This document shows positions 5,613 through 14,463 of a DNA stretch of 46,968 nucleotides, piece by piece (the first letter of the stretch is position 1; every line of letters starts with the position of its first letter). Source of the DNA: a virus; the IMG/VR virus record IMGVR_UViG_3300034069_000691, positions 1 through 46,968 of that record; one strand, 5' to 3'. The position numbers and the translations under genes are program-made. Below the pieces are notes generated by a model that did no database searches, was not told the origin of the DNA, and saw nothing but the letters and a program-made list of their open reading frames with translations.

Positions 5613-8600
5613 CTACAGGGTGTCGGTGTTGAGGACTGCGGTTCCCACGGCGGCCGCGATGGTGGCGGTGCTGGTGCCGTCGCTCGCGAGGATGGCCGTG
5701 CCGAGCTGCTGGGCGGTGAGGGTCGCGGTGCCCAGGTGGGGTGCGATGGTGACGGTGCCGTAGGTGTGGCTGACATAGGCCGGCGCGTCGGCTCGGACCG
5801 CGGTGAGCTGCCCGAGGCCGCTGAGCTGTGCGGCTGCGGCGAACTGTGCGGCGGTGGCGACAGTCAGGACGCCGGTGCCGCTGAGGTCTGCGGTCGAGCT
5901 CGAGGCGGCCACACCCGTTGCGGCGACAGTCCCCGTACCGGTGAGCGCCGCCGTCCCCGTCGTGGACGCCTTGCCGGTTGCCGTGACCGTCCCGGCGCCG
6001 GTCATGGTGACGACCTGCGTGTAGCGGGGCGTCCCGGTCGCGGCGAGGGTTCCGCTGCCGGTGAGCGCTGCGGTAGCGGCACCGTTCTGGGCTGCGGTGC
6101 CGGTCGCCGTCAGCGTGCCGGCGCCGGAGAGAGCGGCCGTCTGCGTGGCGTTCGCGCCACCGACCGCGGTGAGTGCGCCGGTGCCGGTGAGGGGCGCGGT
6201 CGACGAGCCTGCCGGAGAACCGGTGGCCGTGAGCGTCCCCGACCCGGTCAGCGACGCGGCGCCGGTGACGGCTGGCGCGCCCGTCGCCGTCAGCGCACCG
6301 CAGCCGGTCAGGGTGGCGGTGCCGCTGCTTGAGGCCACCCCAGTAGCGGCGAGCGTTCCTGTGCCCGTCAGGGAGGCCGCGCCGGTGCTGCTGGGTGTTC
6401 CGGTCGCGGACAGGGTGCCTGAACCGGTGAGGGTGGCGGTGCCGGTGTAGGCCGGTGCGGCGGGCACGTAGTCGGCGACGGTGACGCCGTACCTGTCCTG
6501 CGCCTCGGAGTGGGCCTGTGCGCGCTCCGACGAGGTCAGTACGTGGTCGTAGGTGTCGTGCCCATACAGGTCACCAGTCCAGGGCCGGCTGATGGTGCCG
6601 TGATCGCCGAGGACGATGTACTGCCCGGACATGCCGGTGGTGCCCAGGTTGCCGGACGCGACAAGGGTGCCGTTGACGTACAGCGCCGAGTTGGCGCTGT
6701 TGTAGACGACGGTGATGATGGCGAGCTGCTGGTTGGTGACGTTTGGGTCGGCCAGCCCGGCGCCGGCGTAGGCGGACCAGCGGCCCGCCTCGATGTAGAA
6801 CTCGCCACCGTCGGCGCCGTGCCAGTGGATTGTCTGCTGCCCGGCGATCACAGACGACGCCTTGACCGCGGCGACGGTGGTGAACGGCTGCGCGCGCCCG
6901 GTCGCGTTCTGCACCTGCATGTCGGCGTTGCCGTCGAACCGGACAGCGGGCTGCCCGTTCGCACCGGATGCGACGTACTTGGGGAGCGCCCGGTTCCGGG
7001 ACCCGAACGTCCACCCGGCGGCGGTGTCGGTCCAGGCGGTCACCGGCGCGCCGTCGCTCACGCCAGTGATGGAGTCCGCGCGGAGCTGCCGGACCAGACC
7101 GTTGGGCTTGGGCCGGGTGGTCGGCGTGGTCCCGGAGCCGTAGGCGGGCAGGGCTTGAGTGCGCCGGTCGGTGGAGGTGGCGGGGGTGATGCTGGCGGGG
7201 GTGTTGCCGCCGACGAACGTGTTGGGGCTGCCGGCGTACAGGTTGATGCCAGTCGCGGAGCAGCCGGAGAACGTGCCGCCGTACTGGATGGCGCGCAGGG
7301 TGTCGTAGTTGACGGCGGCCAGGTTGCCGATGTTGACGTCGGCGAGCTTGCAGTCAGTGACCGCGGCAGCCGACCCGGACGACAGCCACAGCACGGCGCC
7401 CTGGTCAAGGCCGGTGCCGTTGGTGCCGTTCGGGATCGCCGCGTAGGAGGTGCCGGCGCGGGCGAGTCGGCCGCGGGTGACGGTGCAGCGGTCGGTGGCG
7501 CCGGTGTTGAAGTCGCCGCGCTCGACCGCGAAGTACACGTTGGCGGCGAGCGACCCGTCGATGTTGACGTCGGTCGCCGTGCAGTCCTTGGCGCCGGCGT
7601 AGGAGATGCCTCGAGCTCGGGAATCCCGCACGTAGGGCCGGACCAGCGTGATGTTCTGAGGGCGGCCAGTCTCGGCGCCGTCGGACAGGTACCCGATGTG
7701 GGCAAACCCGTCATCCCCGGCGTCCAACGACTGGCAGTCGGTGGCGGTGAATCCACCCGACCCGTTGGTAAAGTGGATACCGTCGGCGAGGCTGGTCTTG
7801 GAAATCAGCCGCAGCAAGCTGCCGCCGGTAGCTTTCCAGAAGTAGAACCCGAGCCCGGCCGAACCTTCCGAGGTGAGGTCGGTGAGGGTGCCGAGCGTGA
7901 CGTTCCAGAACACGAACGGGGCGACGTCGGTGCCCTGGTTGATACGGCTGGTTGCTCCCTGCACGCTGTGTCGCAAGTTGCTGATCGACACGTTGTTGGC
8001 GCCGTCGAACACGCCGAGCGAGGCGGCCGAAGGGGTGGTGGCGATCAGCTGCGTGCCCTGGCCGGCGATGGTGATGTTGGCCTTGCTGGCGCCAGTCAGC
8101 GTCAACTTGCCGGAGTGCTTGTAGACCGAGTTCGCCGGGAACCGGATTGTCTGTCCCGCAGTGGCGTTGGCGAAGATCCCGGCCAGCAACGTCTGGTCGT
8201 CGCCGCCACTGGCCGCAGGAACGTCCACGACAGCCGAGCTCGCGGTGCCGCTGGCAGCCAACGTTCCCGACCCAGTGAGCGTCGCAGCACCGGTGAGCGC
8301 ACGGTAGGGACCGATGGCGGTGGCCGCGTCCTGGACGGCGAGGTCGTCGAAGAACGGACCGCCAACCCAACCCGTGCCTGACACCCGGCCGATGGCGCAC
8401 GACGTGATAGCCGTGGTTCCGACCGTGGCGGCCGAGGAGTTGGAGTAGCTGGCCAGCGCCGTGGTTGAGTCGCCCTGAAAGAGTTGCACCAGGTAGCCAC
8501 CCGTGGTGGCTGAAGCGCCGATGGTGACCTGCACCTCGATGCGATACCAGGTGTCTAGGGCCAGCGCCTGCGACAACGTGGAGACCGCGGTGTTGTTGGA

Positions 8601-8945
8601 ATTCTGCACGGTCAGCTGTCGACCGGTGGTAACGACTAGCCGGCCAGCGTGGGTGGTGGATCCGCCGGTGTAGAACACCTGCACGATGCCTGCCGCGGTG
8701 GGCGTATTGCTCAACCGCAGGTAGAACCGGGCCGCGGCCTGCGAGACCGAGGCCAGCGCCCACACCAGGGTCGACGGGTTTGCTGAAGGCGCGACGGACA
8801 AAGCTCCGTGCGCCATCTGAGAGCCGCTGTAGGTCCACGTGCCGTTGACTGACGAGAACGCGTCACCGGACGCGCCACCGGAGTTCGCCGCGGTGACAGC
8901 CTGCCCGGAGACGCCACCTTCGGCGGTGTTCTGTAGCAGCACCAC
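5613..8945 (-). CDS. Large tail fibre / putative polysaccharide depolymerase, 1110 aa (LamG-like, right-handed beta-helix-like, LamG-like, Gly/Thr/Ala repeats)
   Basis: The GTG lies 6 nt after GGAGG. The central region has the periodic short hydrophobic/Gly/Asn pattern typical of pectate-lyase-fold proteins. The domain calls come from sequence pattern only. Confidence 0.8.
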   Translation of the reverse strand: MVLLQNTAEGGVSGQAVTAANSGGASGDAFSSVNGTWTYSGSQMAHGALSVAPSANPSTLVWALASVSQAAARFYLRLSNTPTAAGIVQVFYTGGSTTHAGRLVVTTGRQLTVQNSNNTAVSTLSQALALDTWYRIEVQVTIGASATTGGYLVQLFQGDSTTALASYSNSSAATVGTTAITSCAIGRVSGTGWVGGPFFDDLAVQDAATAIGPYRALTGAATLTGSGTLAASGTASSAVVDVPAASGGDDQTLLAGIFANATAGQTIRFPANSVYKHSGKLTLTGASKANITIAGQGTQLIATTPSAASLGVFDGANNVSISNLRHSVQGATSRINQGTDVAPFVFWNVTLGTLTDLTSEGSAGLGFYFWKATGGSLLRLISKTSLADGIHFTNGSGGFTATDCQSLDAGDDGFAHIGYLSDGAETGRPQNITLVRPYVRDSRARGISYAGAKDCTATDVNIDGSLAANVYFAVERGDFNTGATDRCTVTRGRLARAGTSYAAIPNGTNGTGLDQGAVLWLSSGSAAAVTDCKLADVNIGNLAAVNYDTLRAIQYGGTFSGCSATGINLYAGSPNTFVGGNTPASITPATSTDRRTQALPAYGSGTTPTTRPKPNGLVRQLRADSITGVSDGAPVTAWTDTAAGWTFGSRNRALPKYVASGANGQPAVRFDGNADMQVQNATGRAQPFTTVAAVKASSVIAGQQTIHWHGADGGEFYIEAGRWSAYAGAGLADPNVTNQQLAIITVVYNSANSALYVNGTLVASGNLGTTGMSGQYIVLGDHGTISRPWTGDLYGHDTYDHVLTSSERAQAHSEAQDRYGVTVADYVPAAPAYTGTATLTGSGTLSATGTPSSTGAASLTGTGTLAATGVASSSGTATLTGCGALTATGAPAVTGAASLTGSGTLTATGSPAGSSTAPLTGTGALTAVGGANATQTAALSGAGTLTATGTAAQNGAATAALTGSGTLAATGTPRYTQVVTMTGAGTVTATGKASTTGTAALTGTGTVAATGVAASSSTADLSGTGVLTVATAAQFAAAAQLSGLGQLTAVRADAPAYVSHTYGTVTIAPHLGTATLTAQQLGTAILASDGTSTATIAAAVGTAVLNTDTL
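5796..6449 (-). repeat. About 11 tandem ~20-aa (~60-nt) coding repeats, consensus xAxLTGxGTLxATGxxxxxx
   Basis: Read in the translation (aa 833-1050). One isolated copy lies at aa 216-238 (8232..8300). Confidence 0.85.
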
Positions 8946-8984
8946 GGCAGTCCTCCAGTCTGAGCGTTGGCAGGAGCGGGCGGG

Positions 8985-9317
8985 TTAGCTCTGGGTGTAG
9001 GTCGCGACCACCGTGTACGTGCCAGCCGAGTTGAAGGTCTGCGACGTGACCGACGTGCCGTCCCGGTAGTTGCCGCCAGTGAGGGCGTCGAAGAACGCCA
9101 TGCCGGCCACCGTCTGTCCACTGGCAACGGAGTGAGCGGCGGGACTGGCGGTCGCCGCAGACGCCGACGTGGTACCCCAGTTGGACGCCTGCCGGGCGAC
9201 ACCGGACAGCTCGGTGGCCGTGGTGGTGGGCGCCGGGTTGGTCAGCCCGACGTGGGTGTTGTCCGCCTTGTACTTGTCGACGAGGCTGTTGCGCTGGATC
9301 AGGGTCTGCACGGCCAT
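8985..9317 (-). CDS. Hypothetical minor tail-like protein, 110 aa
   Basis: Track ORF within the tail-fibre module. Confidence 0.6.
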   Translation of the reverse strand: MAVQTLIQRNSLVDKYKADNTHVGLTNPAPTTTATELSGVARQASNWGTTSASAATASPAAHSVASGQTVAGMAFFDALTGGNYRDGTSVTSQTFNSAGTYTVVATYTQS

Positions 9318-9320
9318 GGG

Positions 9321-9605
9321 TCAGTCCTCGGTGGTCTCGGCGGAGTGGGTGGTCTCACCGGTGGCGGGCCGCAGCTCGCCGGAGAAGGTGCGGGTCTCCC
9401 CGTGGTAGCCGCCAGGTCCGGCGTCGGGCTCCTCGGAGACCGCGACGTAGTCCCAGCGGGTGCGGGCGTCGGTGACGTAGGCCTCGATGTCCTCGGGCAG
9501 CACGTAGTCGATGGCTTCGTACTGGTAGACGTCGCCGTCGGGAACCATCACAGCTCGCTTCATGGTCACGCGGCGCTTGGTGATCTCGGGGGTCTTGTCG
9601 GGCAC
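9321..9605 (-). CDS. Hypothetical protein, 94 aa
   Basis: Track ORF. A GTG start follows AGGAG. Confidence 0.6.
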   Translation of the reverse strand: MPDKTPEITKRRVTMKRAVMVPDGDVYQYEAIDYVLPEDIEAYVTDARTRWDYVAVSEEPDAGPGGYHGETRTFSGELRPATGETTHSAETTED

Positions 9606-9614
9606 AGGGGACTC

Positions 9615-10154
9615 CTAGGCGTAGCGGAAGGCGATGACGTCGAGCAGCTGCCCCAGCGGGATGGCCAGGGTGGACTTGAGGGTGAGCACGCAACTGGTCG
9701 CGTACGTGGTCTTGACCGTGGCGGTGACCGTCCCGACCAGGCCGGGTGGCAGGAGCACCTCAACTTGGTAGGAGGCGTCGCCGAGGTTCTGGCCCCACGC
9801 GACAGTGACCTCGGTGGTGCCGACCGCCAGCAGGGGCAGCGTGACCTGCTTGGTGGCGAGGGTTGCCCGCTTGGCCAAGGCCCGCTGCGCCGCGGCCATT
9901 GCGTCCGCGGTGGCTTGCCGCATCGCCGAGTGGGTCTGCTCCGCCGCGTCGATGGCGGCCTGCAGCTCGCTGGACTTGGCGAGCGCCCCGGACACCATGT
10001 CGAGGGCGACGCCCATGAGGTCGTACAGGTCGCCCATGTCGACGGTGGTCGACGTGAGGTTGGCGAACGCCTTGTTGACCGCGATGCGCAGGCCTTCGAC
10101 ATCACGGTTGGGGTGCGGGGTGGCTAGGTCGAAAACGTACCCGTCAGCTGGCAC
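9615..10154 (-). CDS. Hypothetical protein, 179 aa (coiled-coil middle, beta-rich C-terminus)
   Basis: Track ORF. Confidence 0.6.
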   Translation of the reverse strand: MPADGYVFDLATPHPNRDVEGLRIAVNKAFANLTSTTVDMGDLYDLMGVALDMVSGALAKSSELQAAIDAAEQTHSAMRQATADAMAAAQRALAKRATLATKQVTLPLLAVGTTEVTVAWGQNLGDASYQVEVLLPPGLVGTVTATVKTTYATSCVLTLKSTLAIPLGQLLDVIAFRYA

Positions 10155-10371
10155 CTGTGGCCTCGGCTCGGGCGGCGAGCGCTGCGTCGCGTGTGGCGTC
10201 GGCGAGGGCCTGGTCGTAGGGCTCGGCGCGTTCGGTGTTCAGCCACAGGCGGGCCGCGTCGACCCAGGCGGTTGCGCGGGGGCGCTTGAGCTGCGCGGCC
10301 ACCAGTTCCTTGGCGGCGGCGAGGATCCGCTGGTCGCGGGTGTCGTCTCCGGTGCTCATCGTCTCGACCAC
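10144..10371 (-). CDS. Hypothetical protein, 75 aa
   Basis: Track ORF. The start is either the GTG at 10371 or the ATG at 10359. Confidence 0.55.
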   Translation of the reverse strand: MVETMSTGDDTRDQRILAAAKELVAAQLKRPRATAWVDAARLWLNTERAEPYDQALADATRDAALAARAEATGAS

Positions 10372-10374
10372 GGT

Positions 10375-10638
10375 TCAGGCCTCCGGGGCCGCGTGGTCGC
10401 CGGGCTCATCGAGCACAACCGCGCTCGTGGCCGAGGCGGTACCCGTGTTGCCGAAGGTGAACGATAACAGCGACGTCAGGACCGAGACCAGCGCCGCGGT
10501 GCCAGCAACAGCCAGCGTGGTGCCCCAGTTGACGTCAAGTGCGTTCGAGACGCCCTGCACGGTGAGCACGGCGAGGATGCCCTGCACGAAGGTCTTGCCG
10601 GCGCGCTCGATCAGGTCGAGCCAAAACTGCTGGGTCAC
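10375..10638 (-). CDS. Putative holin, 87 aa
   Basis: The N-terminus MTQQFWLDLIERAGKTFVQ is followed by two hydrophobic segments. A GTG start follows AGGAGA. The gene lies in the lysis cassette. Confidence 0.6.
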   Translation of the reverse strand: MTQQFWLDLIERAGKTFVQGILAVLTVQGVSNALDVNWGTTLAVAGTAALVSVLTSLLSFTFGNTGTASATSAVVLDEPGDHAAPEA

Positions 10639-10646
10639 GGGGTCTC

Positions 10647-10997
10647 CTAGCGTGGGCCGCGGTCGGCCAGGTCGGGGGATGCGGTATCACTGCCGCGGCC
10701 CGCTTCGTGCTGCAGGCCGATGAGGTTGCGGAGCAGGTTCCAGCCGGCGCAGGCCACGCCACCGACGAGGATCAGTCGCACGAGGTCGCGGCCGGGGTAG
10801 TCGCCGAGCATCACGCCGGCGAGGGCGTTGCTGAGGACGGCAACCATGGATGCGGTGAGGGTGAAAATCCCTCGGCCGGTGCTGGTGGCCCGCCAGGGCG
10901 ACCGCAGGCCGTAGAGGATCAAGAAGCTAGCGAACGGTGCCCAGGTGAGCAGGTACACCCAGAACGCTGGGATGGCCCAGAACGGGGGCACGGTCAC
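10647..10997 (-). CDS. Multi-pass membrane protein, 116 aa (lysis cassette)
   Basis: About four hydrophobic segments. GTGA overlap with the upstream gene. Confidence 0.6.
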   Translation of the reverse strand: MTVPPFWAIPAFWVYLLTWAPFASFLILYGLRSPWRATSTGRGIFTLTASMVAVLSNALAGVMLGDYPGRDLVRLILVGGVACAGWNLLRNLIGLQHEAGRGSDTASPDLADRGPR

Positions 10998-11188
10998 GAC
11001 CTCCTGATCGACTGCTCCACCGCGGCGGCGAAGTGGTTGCGGATGCGGGTGGCTTCGAGCGCGTCGGCTGCCCTCGTAGCTCGTTCGGCCAAAGCGCGGG
11101 CGTCCTGAGCGGCGCGCTGGGCGTGCACCATGGACGCGTCGGCGTCAGGGGATGCGTTGTCGGCGTACCGCTGCCACGGCCACCTCAT
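10994..11188 (-). CDS. Hypothetical protein, 64 aa
   Basis: The ATG at 11186-11188 overlaps the upstream stop (ATGA). The long track ORF was trimmed. Confidence 0.55.
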   Translation of the reverse strand: MRWPWQRYADNASPDADASMVHAQRAAQDARALAERATRAADALEATRIRNHFAAAVEQSIRRS

Positions 11189-11466
11189 GGAGCCGGCTCC
11201 GGTGTGTGGTGCCCGGCGAGCCGCTGAATTTCGGTCAGCGCGTGGTTGGTGGTCTCGGCGAGGGACACCAACTTCTCCACCGACATACCGAGTGCGGTAG
11301 CCGACTTCTGCCATTCCTCCGAAGACGATCGCCACTTGTCCCTGTCTTCCATCACGTCGAGGAGTTGCCGGCGGGGAACCAGCCAGCCGCGCAGGATGAG
11401 CAGCACGATGAGCGCGACCAGCGCCCCCGCCGATACCTGGCCCAGCGGCAGGGTGGACCAGTCCAC
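11185..11466 (-). CDS. Single-pass membrane protein, 93 aa (lysis-associated)
   Basis: GTG at 11464-11466. The transmembrane segment is GALVALIVLLILRGWL, followed by a charged helix. Confidence 0.55.
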   Translation of the reverse strand: MDWSTLPLGQVSAGALVALIVLLILRGWLVPRRQLLDVMEDRDKWRSSSEEWQKSATALGMSVEKLVSLAETTNHALTEIQRLAGHHTPEPAP

Positions 11467-11489
11467 AACGCCCCCCGTGTTGTAGTCGG

Positions 11490-12407
11490 TCAGGCCGCAG
11501 GCTTTTCGACGCTGACCCGGACCTGCACGACCTGCTGCATGGCCTCGGTGACGGCGGCCTTGAGCTCGTCGGCGGAGGCGCCACCGGCGGCGCCGACCTT
11601 GTCGGCGAGCGCTGCGACGGCGGCGGAGAGCCCGGCCACCTGCTGTTCGGTGCGGTAGGCGGCGGCGTCGGTGAGCGCCCAGAAGTCGCGGGGTGGGGCC
11701 TCGAAGGTGGAGCCCTCGACCCGGGAGTGCAGCGGCACCGACAGGATCTCGGCTGCCTGCTCGAGCACCTTGGTGGGCTTGAACAGGGGAGCCCCTGATG
11801 CGTCGGTTCCCACGAAGTCCGTGAGGGCCTGGATGCGGCGGGACAGTTCGTTGAGCTGGTTGCGGTCGGGCTGTTCGAACATGTCGTCCTCCTCGATGGG
11901 TGCAGGCGCGGGCGCCGGCAGGATGGTGACGGGTGAGCCGGCGGGGCCCTTGGGGTTCAGTCGCCCGGCGACCATGGAGACGGTGGCGGGGCTGGCGACG
12001 ATCTCGAAGTGCATCTCGTCGGGGGTACCGGTGAAGTCCCGGCCCCAGCGAACGGTGTTTTGCACCTCGGCGAGGATCTTGCGAACTTCGGTGACCTGAG
12101 CTGGCGTGAACGTGTTCCGCTTGCCGTTGGGATGGCGAGGGGCGTTCAGGTCGATTGCGGTGGCGCTTGAGTGGCAGGACAGGTTCGCGGCGTTGCGGTT
12201 CTGCCGGTACGAGTAGCCCCAGCACCAGCCCGCCACCAGCGGTTCCACGCGGCGGTGGAACTGCTCGGCGACGTAGAACAGCACCGTCGCCACGTCTCCG
12301 GACCGGACGCCAGGCGCCATGCGGACACCCGCGACGGCCCGGTTGTCGAGCCCACCCAGGTCGTGGGGGGAGGTGCTGGCCGACCAGCCGTTGTACGACA
12401 TCTGCAC
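11490..12407 (-). CDS. Endolysin, peptidase M15 (VanY-like, LAS-type) catalytic domain, about 305 aa
   Basis: Motifs SCHSSATAIDLN and PDEMHFE. The GTG at 12405-12407 lies 6 nt after AGGAGG; alternative ATG starts lie at 12425 and 12401. Confidence 0.8.
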   Translation of the reverse strand: MQMSYNGWSASTSPHDLGGLDNRAVAGVRMAPGVRSGDVATVLFYVAEQFHRRVEPLVAGWCWGYSYRQNRNAANLSCHSSATAIDLNAPRHPNGKRNTFTPAQVTEVRKILAEVQNTVRWGRDFTGTPDEMHFEIVASPATVSMVAGRLNPKGPAGSPVTILPAPAPAPIEEDDMFEQPDRNQLNELSRRIQALTDFVGTDASGAPLFKPTKVLEQAAEILSVPLHSRVEGSTFEAPPRDFWALTDAAAYRTEQQVAGLSAAVAALADKVGAAGGASADELKAAVTEAMQQVVQVRVSVEKPAA

Positions 12408-12477
12408 AGCGGGCCTCCTGGGCATGGGTGTGGCCCGGCCACCGGGTGGTGGTCGGGTGAGAAGTGGTCGGGCTAGG

Positions 12478-13287
12478 TCAGCCCAGGACCCACGAGAAGT
12501 TGAAGGCGTGGAACGTGTTGGCCCCGATGGTGTTGTTCGGGTTGATGTCGATGTTCCCGGTGGGCAGGGCGTCGGCGCGGCCGAACTGCACACCGTTCAG
12601 GCTGAGGATGCCGGGCACGTTCCCGTTGAGCGGCCGGTACGCCGGCGGCAACGTCGCCACGGTCTGCGGCCCGCTGTAGGTGTTGGTGTTGCCCAGCGTC
12701 CCGGACACGGTGATCAGCCCGCGGCAGCGGGACACGGTGAGCGCCTGCAGCCCAGCGCCGTACTGGTACCAGCCGGAGCCCGGGGTCACCACCTCGTACG
12801 GGATGCTGACGCCATCGCCAATCCAGCGGCGCTCGTCGGTGACACCGGTCAGCGTGGTGCCGCTATTCGCGGGCACGGTGAACCGGAACAGCGGGGTGTC
12901 CCAGACGCCGTCCTCAACGATCGACAGGCCCGGGATCAGGGGGCTGGCCGCGGGGGTGCCCTGAATGCGGACCACGGTGACCGTCTTGGACGCGAGGTCG
13001 CGGCGCAGTACGAGGCGGTCTATGCGGGCCGTGCCCGACGTATTGGCCGGGACCGTCCCCGTGGACGGTGAGGTGGTGCGCTCGTAGCCGGCGCCACGGA
13101 CGTGAGCGCGCCCCAGGCCCACAGACCAGCCCAGACCGTTCAGGGTGAGTGCGAGGTCGCCGGCGCCCACTGAGCTGACCGGCAGCCCGTACACGCCGGT
13201 CTCGGTGCGGGCGTAGGCGTCGCGGTACCACTGGGCCTGACCCCACTGGCCGGCGGATCCATCGAAGGGGCCTGCGATGTCGGGCAC
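12478..13287 (-). CDS. Minor tail protein, 269 aa
   Basis: GTG at 13285-13287. The gene follows the Tal-like gene. The 5' part of the track ORF was trimmed. Confidence 0.65.
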   Translation of the reverse strand: MPDIAGPFDGSAGQWGQAQWYRDAYARTETGVYGLPVSSVGAGDLALTLNGLGWSVGLGRAHVRGAGYERTTSPSTGTVPANTSGTARIDRLVLRRDLASKTVTVVRIQGTPAASPLIPGLSIVEDGVWDTPLFRFTVPANSGTTLTGVTDERRWIGDGVSIPYEVVTPGSGWYQYGAGLQALTVSRCRGLITVSGTLGNTNTYSGPQTVATLPPAYRPLNGNVPGILSLNGVQFGRADALPTGNIDINPNNTIGANTFHAFNFSWVLG

Positions 13288-13294
13288 AGTGGCC

Positions 13295-14461
13295 TCACTT
13301 CCTGCGGACGGCGCGGAGCTCGTCGGCGATGGCCGCGAGGCGCTGCTGAGTGGGGGTCGGGAAGATCGACTTAGCGTCCGCGGTGCCCACCGCAGGGACG
13401 ATGGTCTCGGCTCCGGCGCTGTCGACGGTGAACGCGATCTCTCGAACGACGTCGGTGACGGTGGCCGCCGACGACAGGCCGGCGACACCGACGTAGACGG
13501 TCACCTGGTCGCCCAGGAACCAGTCGCGGCCGTACTTGGCTGCTTGGGAGTCGGTGAGCTGACAGGACAAGGACACCTGTCCGGCGCCGTCAGCGATGGC
13601 ATCCAGGGCTGCCTGGGACAAGACAGCGCCGTCTGCCTCGTCGCGGCGGTCGATGTAGGCCTCGATGCGGCGGCCCCACCGCAGGTCCAGGGCGTTGCCG
13701 GAGGCTGCGGCCCGGCGCGTCCGCAGATGCAAGTCACCCTGCCCGGCCACCACCGCGTACGTGACGGTCGGGGCTACCTCGGCGTAGGTGAATGAACCCA
13801 GGTTGCGGAGCCCGGCGGAGAACCGGACCGCTCCGGCGAGCTGCTGCGGCCGGTAGATGTCGAACCGCAGCCCGTCAACGGTGGACAAGATCCGGATCCC
13901 CAGATCAACCCCAGATAGCAGGGAGATCTGCTGGCAGGCCGACAGGACGGTGTCGGTCTGCATGAACGACCAAAGCCGGGACACCCCGACGCCCGGGTCG
14001 GGGCCGGCGTACAGGGTGGGCACTCGGCGCTCCGGGAGCGCCTGCGGCCCCAGCTGCTCCGACAGCAGGGCGGCCATCGCGGTGGACGCCGGGACAGTGC
14101 GGGACCAGTAGTCCACGGTGCTCTGATCATCGCCCGCGCGGGCAGGGTCGGGGAACACGATGCGGTCCTGCAGGTGGATAGCGTCCCCGACGCACATCAC
14201 CTTGATCGTGGGCTTGCCGTCGGTATCGATCCCGGTCTCTCGGGAGGACCCGACAAGGCCGGAGAATTCCTGCCGGCCGTCTCGCTGCAGCACGATCCCG
14301 CAGCCGGGGGAGGTCGCGGCGAACGATGCCGGGGTGAACGGAGTCTCCACGATCGCGGTGTCTACCCCGATGTGGCGAGCCACTGCTTTCGCCGACACGA
14401 TCGGCAAGCCACCGGTCAGCCGGTAGGAGGCGTCGCGGGAGAACATCGCCCACTTAGCCAC
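13295..14461 (-). CDS. Minor tail protein (tail-tip / Tal-like position), 388 aa
   Basis: The GTG at 14459-14461 lies 2 nt after the Dit-like stop. The function is inferred from synteny. Confidence 0.6.
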   Translation of the reverse strand: MAKWAMFSRDASYRLTGGLPIVSAKAVARHIGVDTAIVETPFTPASFAATSPGCGIVLQRDGRQEFSGLVGSSRETGIDTDGKPTIKVMCVGDAIHLQDRIVFPDPARAGDDQSTVDYWSRTVPASTAMAALLSEQLGPQALPERRVPTLYAGPDPGVGVSRLWSFMQTDTVLSACQQISLLSGVDLGIRILSTVDGLRFDIYRPQQLAGAVRFSAGLRNLGSFTYAEVAPTVTYAVVAGQGDLHLRTRRAAASGNALDLRWGRRIEAYIDRRDEADGAVLSQAALDAIADGAGQVSLSCQLTDSQAAKYGRDWFLGDQVTVYVGVAGLSSAATVTDVVREIAFTVDSAGAETIVPAVGTADAKSIFPTPTQQRLAAIADELRAVRRK

Positions 14462-14463
14462 CG

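Noticed and set aside
5796-6449. The tandem repeats here and at 18866..19474 as a CRISPR array or a DGR variable region.
   Set aside because: The repeats are in-frame coding units without unique spacers. There are no cas genes, no reverse transcriptase and no template repeat anywhere in the window.
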